NCBI GenBank assembly: GCA_964447495.1
Contig: CAYUTF010000008.1
Coordinates: forward strand, 38,573 to 51,967
Source: an uncultured archaeon
GTDB taxonomy: Archaea; Asgardarchaeota; Lokiarchaeia; Sigyniarchaeales; SOKP01
DNA length: 13,395 nt
Direction: 5' to 3'
The position numbers and the translations under genes are program-made. Every line of letters begins with the position of its first letter. Position 1 is the stretch's first letter. Below, in pieces: positions 8,206-13,395 of this stretch. The notes below the pieces were generated by a model. It worked only from the letters and a program-made list of their open reading frames with translations. It was not told the origin of the DNA and searched no databases.

Positions 8206-8245
8206 AAAAAAAATAAGTTGACAAATGCTTTTAGATGAATAAAAT
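8206..8245 (+). promoter_or_regulatory. Sigma70/sigmaA promoter
   Basis: A-tract UP-like element, TTGACA 8218-8223, 16-nt spacer, TAAAAT 8240-8245; upstream of the RNA island. Confidence 0.65.
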
Positions 8246-8289
8246 GGTTAGTAGATGGTTGGCAAGATGTGAACCAAAAGGAGAAAGAG

Positions 8290-8514
8290 ATGTCGGCAAA
8301 TAGTTTTGATAAAGAAGAGTTTGCCAAAGAAGTATTTGGTGAAATACTTGATGATGTGATAGAGTGGATTCGGAAAGAATTAGATCCAGATGAAGTATTT
8401 TCTGATGAAGCTTTGATAGATTGGGTGACAAGTAACAAAAGCCCAGAAGATGTTTTTGGTTTTGAAGATCTTGAAAGATGGGCTATTGATAATAGAGATA
8501 AATTATTTGATTAA
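8290..8514 (+). CDS. Small acidic hypothetical protein
   Basis: AAGGAG RBS before ATG 8290; internally repetitive (PDEVFSDEALIDW / PEDVFGFEDLERW). Confidence 0.7.
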   Translation: MSANSFDKEEFAKEVFGEILDDVIEWIRKELDPDEVFSDEALIDWVTSNKSPEDVFGFEDLERWAIDNRDKLFD

Positions 8515-8560
8515 GTAGTTTATTTTTGTTCTTTGAAAATTGAATAAAGTATATGATTTA

Positions 8561-8908
8561 GGGGTCGATTTGGTTTCGACATTTGACTAGATTGATATTA
8601 TGCATGTTCCGCTTTGGGTATTCAGCGGATTAAAAAGAATGCTTGAATATAATTGTCAGACATAACGACAGTAAAGTTTTGGCTGAAGCTGCCTAAACCG
8701 TCCAAGTGCTGATTGCCTGTGTAGGTATAAGGGCGTCATTTTTACAGGATAGTGACCGTTTTTCATGGGAAACGGTTAGCGAAAATGACCATGAAGAATT
8801 TGTATGTAGTTGTCTATCATTGCATGCAAATTATTTAGATAGACTAAACATGTGAAGATTAATATTGAGATGTCTAAATGGACTGGGGTTCGATTCCCCA
8901 CGACTCCA
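8561..8908 (+). ncRNA. ssrA: tmRNA (one-piece), tag approximately (A)VRHNDSKVLAEAA
   Basis: 5' GGGGTCG-ATTTGGTTTCGAC; 3' GGAC-TGGGGTTCGATTCCCCA-CGACTCC-A; acceptor stem with G3.U; pk1 (TCCGCT/AGCGGA with GTATTC/GAATGC); tag frame 8655-8696 after ATAATT, ending GCT GCC TAA. Confidence 0.93.
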
Positions 8909-8915
8909 ACTATAT

Positions 8916-9125
8916 GGGAATGATGTGTGGTGGGACACACTGGAAATGGTCAACGAGGCTCTTCAAGTAAGTTGTAAGATATTTATACCTAACCGCATAG
9001 GCGAATGATATCTTATGGGTTAATACTGAACAAAGATGCGTTCCAAGCTTTCATGATTTATCTGGCGAGATTTATTGTGTAAAGATTCCATAAACTCGTT
9101 TCCGGTTCGAATCCGGACATTCCCC
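8916..9125 (+). ncRNA. tRNA-like RNA A (210 nt) with a large insert replacing the anticodon region
   Basis: Acceptor GGGAATG/CATTCCC, D stem GTGT/ACAC, T arm TCCGG-TTCGAAT-CCGGA; about 160 nt lie between the D and T arms. Confidence 0.7.
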
Positions 9126-9135
9126 TAGTAATATT

Positions 9136-9258
9136 GGATACTGTATGTGTCAGGTGGCACAGTTCTGAATGGAGAACTTCTTGAGACAAATAATCTATAA
9201 CTAGTGAGTACTGATCAAAAAATGTCAAAGAGAAATGGTTCGATACCAACAGTATCCT
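9136..9258 (+). ncRNA. tRNA-like RNA B with 9/3 acceptor/T fold, 6-nt anticodon loop and long variable region
   Basis: GGATACTGT/ACAGTATCC (9 bp), TGG-TTCGATA-CCA, D stem TGTGT/GCACA, GTTCT-GAATGG-AGAAC. Confidence 0.6.
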
Positions 9259-9298
9259 AAAATTTAAAAATATTTTTAATATATTAGGAGATATAAAA

Positions 9299-9499
9299 AT
9301 GGATAAGAAAACAGCATGCAAGACGATTGTGTTGCATCAATGTGAACAACCATATGACCCATGTGATTTTTATATTGATGATAATGGACGTTATAATGGA
9401 CGATGCAAATATAGAGGATATGGAGATGGAAGATGTTTATGTGAAGATGCATGGCCAGAAAATATAAAAAAGGAAAATAGTAAACCCAAAGATGGCTAA
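9299..9499 (+). CDS. Small Cys-rich hypothetical protein
   Basis: AGGAG RBS; 66 aa with six Cys. Confidence 0.6.
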   Translation: MDKKTACKTIVLHQCEQPYDPCDFYIDDNGRYNGRCKYRGYGDGRCLCEDAWPENIKKENSKPKDG

Positions 9500-9620
9500 T
9501 CTAAGGGTTATATATGAATGGCTTTATATTGAAGTGTTCGAAGCAGTGGCAAAATGAACACGAAAAAAAGATCTGCCATTGAGGAATTTTCCATGTTTGC
9601 TTTTAAAAAAACATGGTTAT

Positions 9621-9695
9621 CGGGATGTAGCGCAGTCTGGTTAGCGCACTTGCCTTGGGAGCAAGGGGTCATAGGTTCGAATCCTATCATTCCGA
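9621..9695 (+). tRNA. tRNA-Pro(UGG)
   Basis: CGGGATG/CATTCCG acceptor, GCGC D stem, CTTGC-CT TGG GA-GCAAG (anticodon 9656-9658), ATAGG-TTCGAAT-CCTAT; CCA not encoded. Confidence 0.95.
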
Positions 9696-9710
9696 CAAGA
9701 GGAGATTAGT

Positions 9711-9941
9711 ATGGAAAAAGAATTGTTAAGTTTTGAGGATAAAGGGTTTTTATATAGAGTTGTTGCTGAAGATAAAAAAGTGTTTTTAGTTAGACAGGGA
9801 ATTTTGGTACTAGCACATGTATTTGAAGAGCCGATTAAGGAACGAATTTCTCAGATTATGTTAGATGCTTTAAGAGGTGCATTTAAAGCTGGAGAAGAAA
9901 ATAGATCTAGTGATATTCTTGCTTTATTGGGCAAGAAATAA
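9711..9941 (+). CDS. Hypothetical protein
   Basis: AGGAG RBS immediately after the tRNA; 76 aa. Confidence 0.7.
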   Translation: MEKELLSFEDKGFLYRVVAEDKKVFLVRQGILVLAHVFEEPIKERISQIMLDALRGAFKAGEENRSSDILALLGKK

Positions 9942-9947
9942 AGGTTG

Positions 9948-10160
9948 ATGAAAATGGATGATTTAATTCAGGCATTGAATATTTTTAGAAAATATAATAC
10001 TGATAAAAAATATCCCACTGGATGTGAGCATGATGTTTTATATGTTTATGTTGATCCAGCAGGTGTATCAGATGAAGATATAAAAGAATTAGATAAACTT
10101 GGTTTTAATATAGATGATGATATTGGTTGTTTTTCATCATTTCGTTTTGGAAGTGCATAG
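9948..10160 (+). CDS. Small hypothetical phage protein
   Basis: DLIQALNIFRKY...PTGCEHDVLYV...VSDEDIKELDKLGF...FSSFRFGSA; tightly packed. Confidence 0.7.
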   Translation: MKMDDLIQALNIFRKYNTDKKYPTGCEHDVLYVYVDPAGVSDEDIKELDKLGFNIDDDIGCFSSFRFGSA

Positions 10161-10227
10161 ATTTGTGGAATGGAATTACGACTCAACCACATTAAAAGAA
10201 AGTCGAGTCCTGTGGAATTCGGGACAG

Positions 10228-10302
10228 TGCGATGTAGCTTAATTGGTAAAGCATTACCTATTAATTTGGTAAAGATTATAGGTTCGAATCCTATCATTGC
10301 AT
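10228..10302 (+). tRNA. tRNA of undetermined identity (9-nt anticodon loop), possibly a pseudo-tRNA
   Basis: TGCGATG/CATTGCA acceptor, TAGCTTAATTGGTAAAGC D arm, TTACC-TATTAATTT-GGTAA, ATAGG-TTCGAAT-CCTAT. Confidence 0.7.
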
Positions 10303-10303
10303 C

Positions 10304-10594
10304 GAGGAGCAGCCTCAAAACTGCAATATAGGTGAAAGTCCTTAAGGATGTCAACGATGTGTTTTAGAACATTTAAGTGCTGTTTTCCTCTGACGAATTG
10401 GCTAAGTCATGAAACCACAAGGCATCCTTGCCACTGTTGCTATGCAGTCTCATAGTGTCTATGTCCTGTGGTCAATTTGTTTTAGAAGACGTTCTAGACA
10501 AGGATTAATAAGGAGTAGACCGGGTTTGCTGATTGTCCGAGAAACAAATTAGACCTATATGGGGTGAGCCATACAGCTTGGTGCGATGCCAGGC
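10304..10594 (+). ncRNA. Unassigned highly structured RNA between two tRNA-like genes
   Basis: No ORF in the track on +; many stems, a 5' pseudoknot, two T-loop-like hairpins and a CTGACGA...GAAAC core. Confidence 0.5.
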
Positions 10595-10604
10595 ATTTAA
10601 ATAT

Positions 10605-10764
10605 TGGCCAATGGCGGAAAGGTATACGCATCAGAAGTGACCGGTTGTTGTCAGATTAGCTGTTTGATATACAGAAAGGGTCCCAGCCATGTATAGTTAT
10701 ATATATGGTAAAAGTATGATATTAGGGTGCACACTAATTGTAGGTTCGAGTCCTACTTGGCCAA
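10605..10764 (+). ncRNA. tRNA-like RNA C (class II, Leu-like body) with a 79-nt anticodon loop insert
   Basis: TGGCCAA/TTGGCCA + A, TGGCGGAAAGGTATACGC D arm, variable arm ATTAG/CTAAT, GTAGG-TTCGAGT-CCTAC; TCAGA/TATGA closes 10636-10714. Confidence 0.7.
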
Positions 10765-10855
10765 CTGAAGAATGTTTTTAAATATGTCGAAGGGTTTGTC
10801 ATGTGAGGAAGGTTGCGATATGGGTTGTGGAAGATGATTTGAAAGTTGAAAAATA

Positions 10856-11041
10856 ATGTTTTTTATAAAATATATTAGAAATTGGTTTGTAAACAGGAAG
10901 AAAAGAATTGAACAAGAAAAAGAAAATTTTCAATGGAAAAGACTTTGTTATTTAGCAGAGAGACATAGGAGAGATGAATTAAGCGGTATTGTTTGTGATG
11001 AAAATGATTGTGAGTATCCCATTTCATGGGGAGACCAATAA
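10856..11041 (+). CDS. Hypothetical protein
   Basis: 61-aa ORF in the co-oriented run. Confidence 0.5.
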   Translation: MFFIKYIRNWFVNRKKRIEQEKENFQWKRLCYLAERHRRDELSGIVCDENDCEYPISWGDQ

Positions 11042-11061
11042 CAGTTGAAGGAGATTTTTTG

Positions 11062-11688
11062 ATGGAAGAAGAAAAAAAAGGAAAGAGTGAGATTAGTATT
11101 AGAGCCGAGAAGATGGCTAACGAGATTTTGAAAAAGACAGGTCGTGTTGATACTAAGTTGTATGATACTGGTCGCCCCGACCCTTTTTTGTGGTATGCAG
11201 ATTTGGTTTTGAGACTAGAAAAGTCAATGAAGAGAGCACAAGAGAAACGTGATTTTGAAAGATATATGAAAGATGGAGTGCGTTTTGTTACAGAGAATTC
11301 TGATAAGATTTCTATGTACAAGATTGTGATGCCAGATTTTAAATGTATTATTGGTGTTGGAATTATGGCGAAAGATGATTCTCGTTGTAAGTTTACTGTT
11401 GCAACATGTATTTGTGCTCCTCCTGATTTCGATAGATGGAGTGATAAAACAGCTAAAGGATATATTGGTAATAGACTTAGGGAATCTGGTTATGAAATAG
11501 AATATGATTCTCATATTGATGAAGCAAAAATTGTTATTGGTATTTATTTTAGGATTATGAGTGATGCTTTGTTGAATTTTTTAGGACCAGCCTTTTTAAG
11601 AAAAAAAGTTCAAGCATGGGAAAAAACCTCGTTTTCTTTTAAAAAGATTAAATTGGGTAGAAAACGGGATAAACGGGATTCAGAATGA
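11062..11688 (+). CDS. Hypothetical protein
   Basis: AAGGAG at 11048-11053 favours ATG 11062; ATGA overlap with the next gene. Confidence 0.75.
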   Translation: MEEEKKGKSEISIRAEKMANEILKKTGRVDTKLYDTGRPDPFLWYADLVLRLEKSMKRAQEKRDFERYMKDGVRFVTENSDKISMYKIVMPDFKCIIGVGIMAKDDSRCKFTVATCICAPPDFDRWSDKTAKGYIGNRLRESGYEIEYDSHIDEAKIVIGIYFRIMSDALLNFLGPAFLRKKVQAWEKTSFSFKKIKLGRKRDKRDSE

Positions 11689-11948
11689 TTGAACAGAAGT
11701 ATCAGTATGATTATAAATGTCCCTTTTGTGATTCAGTGGAGTGGGAGGATTTAACGGAAGAGGGTGAAGTGCTTATGCTGAGTAATCATAAAGAAGTTGA
11801 TATAAAGGAATTGGCTGGTGGTAATTGGAGTGCAAGGTTACCTGAGAGATGGGTTGGTTCTGTTCAAAAACCATATGTTAATGGTATTCCGATTCGTGGT
11901 ATAACATGTAAGAAATGTGGTAATTTGGCATTTTTTTCGATTTTTTGA
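11685..11948 (+). CDS. Zinc-ribbon protein
   Basis: CPFCD and CKKCG pairs. Confidence 0.7.
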   Translation: MIEQKYQYDYKCPFCDSVEWEDLTEEGEVLMLSNHKEVDIKELAGGNWSARLPERWVGSVQKPYVNGIPIRGITCKKCGNLAFFSIF

Positions 11949-11978
11949 TGAAGTTTTATTTGTTTTGCCTCCTTCAAG

Positions 11979-12218
11979 GTGGAGAGAATGACAACGAAAT
12001 ATCAGCGCTTTTTATTGGAACATTCACTCGGCGGAAAAGACCCTAAAAAGTGGTATCGAAATCATTTTGTTGCAAGCCCCGGTCATACCGATTTAACAGA
12101 CCTACGGGAGCTTGAAAAAGTCGGTCTCATGAAACAGATAAAAGCCCCGGCATTCTGTGACGCCGATTCAATGCTTTTCGTCGTAACGGACGATGGGAAA
12201 AAGTTCTTGTCCGGATAA
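11979..12218 (+). CDS. Small hypothetical phage protein
   Basis: 79 aa (WYRNHFVA...LEKVGLM...FVVTDDG); start at GTG 11979 or ATG 11988. Confidence 0.7.
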   Translation: MERMTTKYQRFLLEHSLGGKDPKKWYRNHFVASPGHTDLTDLRELEKVGLMKQIKAPAFCDADSMLFVVTDDGKKFLSG

Positions 12219-12388
12219 GTCTTTGGATGACTATAAACTCATCATGGTGGAGGCACAAAAGCAACTATAGCTAATATATCATGATGATATATTGCAACCT
12301 GTCCTGGGGTTGTTGCAACATGAATTAATTAATGTTCTCACATTTTCACTGTTTCATGTCCAGGACATTTTAAAAAAAAACGAAGGAT

Positions 12389-12427
12389 AAAGCCTAGCAA
12401 ATGATGATTTGTTAGGCTTTTTTATTT
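12389..12427 (+). terminator. Rho-independent terminator
   Basis: AAAGCCTAGCAAAT-GATG-ATTTGTTAGGCTTT followed by TTTATTT. Confidence 0.8.
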
Positions 12428-12458
12428 ATTCTGTTATATTTCTATAATATCATATCAG

Positions 12459-12486
12459 TTGCAGTAGGTTTGGAATTGAGTATAAT
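12459..12486 (+). promoter_or_regulatory. Sigma70/sigmaA promoter
   Basis: TTGCAG 12459-12464, 16-nt spacer, TATAAT 12481-12486. Confidence 0.5.
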
Positions 12487-12516
12487 GGATAGTAGTATGG
12501 TAGGTTGCTGCTATTT

Positions 12517-12531
12517 GCGAACTCGAGTTCG
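12517..12531. repeat. Palindromic repeat copy 3, GCGAACTCGAGTTCG
   Basis: Between the TATAAT and the GGAG RBS of the 12555 gene. Confidence 0.85.
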
Positions 12532-12554
12532 TAGCTTGTTGATGGAGTTGATAG

Positions 12555-13205
12555 ATGGATAGAGATATAGTAAAAAGGGAGAAATTTTCTAAAATAAAAA
12601 AGCTTCGTTGTTTTCAGAGAGTGCATGAGATGTTATCTCATGGTTATCCTGCACCAGGGGTTGCAAATTTTATTAGAGAACAGGGAGAATATCTGCATGT
12701 TAAAGAACAATCTTTAATTGAGGTACTTAGAAAATATAGACAAGAGATTCTTCCTGCAGATGTTTTGGTGACTAGACAGCCACATGTTATTATTGATGCA
12801 AGAAAACAATATACTGATAAGTTGGAAGAGCTTCGTAGAATGGATGATTTGTATGAAGCTCTTAAATATGAGTTTGATGTTGGACATGCTCAATTTAGAA
12901 TGCATGGATTTTCAGACCAAGAGCATAGACATACCGCAAAAGCATTGATGGATTTAATTTATAAAATGCACATGGTCAAGATGGATCTTGGTATTTCTGG
13001 TCAAAGAAATCTTGGTACGATAACTGTATCACCAGAGAGATTGGAAGAGATTCGTTTAAAATATGGTGATAAAGCAGCTAAGGTAATGTCTGATCCAGTA
13101 AGTAGAGCAAGAGTTATTGCTTATCTTAAAGCAGCACAAGATGCAGCTGGTTTGAAGGAAAAGGAAGATGCTGGAGAAATAATTGATGTTAAGGTTGAGA
13201 AATGA
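12555..13205 (+). CDS. Probable terminase small subunit-like protein
   Basis: Helical/HTH-like N-terminus, coiled-coil middle and GEIIDV tail; first gene of a new transcription unit. The function is inferred, not a firm motif match. Confidence 0.4.
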   Translation: MDRDIVKREKFSKIKKLRCFQRVHEMLSHGYPAPGVANFIREQGEYLHVKEQSLIEVLRKYRQEILPADVLVTRQPHVIIDARKQYTDKLEELRRMDDLYEALKYEFDVGHAQFRMHGFSDQEHRHTAKALMDLIYKMHMVKMDLGISGQRNLGTITVSPERLEEIRLKYGDKAAKVMSDPVSRARVIAYLKAAQDAAGLKEKEDAGEIIDVKVEK

Positions 13206-13395
13206 TTACTACTGGTAAAAATGGAAGAAGATATTCAAAGACTACATTTGATGAAGCAGTTGGTATTATTGACCATATGAAACAGAATCTAACACCAGAA
13301 GAAAGATTGTTAGTTGATATTCTTGGTGAAGAGGAATTAGAAAATCAGGTTCTTGTTAAAGAAGGATTGTTTGGTCATATTTATCATACTCTTCC
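13202..13395 (+). CDS. N-terminus of a gene truncated by the window edge (possibly terminase large subunit)
   Basis: ATGA overlap; open frame MITTGKNGRRYSKTTFDEAVGIIDHMKQNLTPEERLLVDIL...; identity guessed from position only. Confidence 0.45.
   Translation, partial: MITTGKNGRRYSKTTFDEAVGIIDHMKQNLTPEERLLVDILGEEELENQVLVKEGLFGHIYHTL

Noticed and set aside
8946-9085. Group I intron in tRNA-like RNA A (and in C)
   Set aside because: Inserts are short (about 140 and 79 nt), no P7/J8-7 core was recognised, and no excision restores a canonical anticodon loop by eye. An Infernal search should confirm.
10326-10345. RNase P RNA, FMN riboswitch or group II intron suggested by GGTGAAAGTCC
   Set aside because: The partner motifs (RNase P 3' P4 strand, FMN conserved blocks, domain V) are absent; it is likely just a T-loop-type hairpin.
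10678-10688. GGGTCCCAGCC resembling the HDV ribozyme
   Set aside because: The nested double-pseudoknot (P1, P3, P1.1, P2) could not be built around it.
12236-12266. SAM-I riboswitch-like words (CTCATCA..GGTGGAGG..GCAAC)
   Set aside because: Lacks AGAG, the kink-turn/pseudoknot partners and a P1 closing strand.
1334-12531. CRISPR array from the palindromic repeat
   Set aside because: Copies are only 15-16 bp and kilobases apart; no spacer periodicity and no cas genes.
124-12905. Minus-strand ORFs in the track
   Set aside because: They shadow + strand genes or RNA genes (e.g. MIGFEP/MSGFEP are antisense T arms) and show no recognisable motifs.
1-13395. Genome-wide stop-codon reassignment
   Set aside because: TAA, TAG and TGA all end well-packed genes and long ORFs are intact in code 11; only one suspicious internal TAA was seen.

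Overview
AT-rich, G-skewed segment with essentially all genes on the + strand, most consistent with a large tailed-phage (or phage-plasmid) genome. 1-8514 holds densely packed accessory genes: an RlaP-type Pol-beta nucleotidyltransferase, a DUF3268 zinc finger, three apparently toxin-less antitoxin-like modules (interrupted RHH, Panacea/SocA, HigA N-terminus), two XRE HTHs, a PD-(D/E)XK nuclease, a Myb/RsfA-like regulator, an SNF2 helicase and a SAM decarboxylase. 8561-10764 is an RNA-gene island. It contains a tmRNA, one canonical tRNA-Pro(UGG), four tRNA-shaped RNAs with intact acceptor/D/T arms but replaced, enlarged or odd anticodon/variable arms, and a ~290-nt structured RNA with a hammerhead-like core. 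After a terminator, a new promoter precedes a probable terminase small subunit and the start of a possible large subunit. Cis-elements include a perfect chromosomal-type parS and three copies of the palindrome CGAACTCGAGTTCG. The best candidate for an undescribed system is the set of tRNA shells carrying structured inserts. All calls come from reading motifs and pairing by eye; no searches or folding programs were run.
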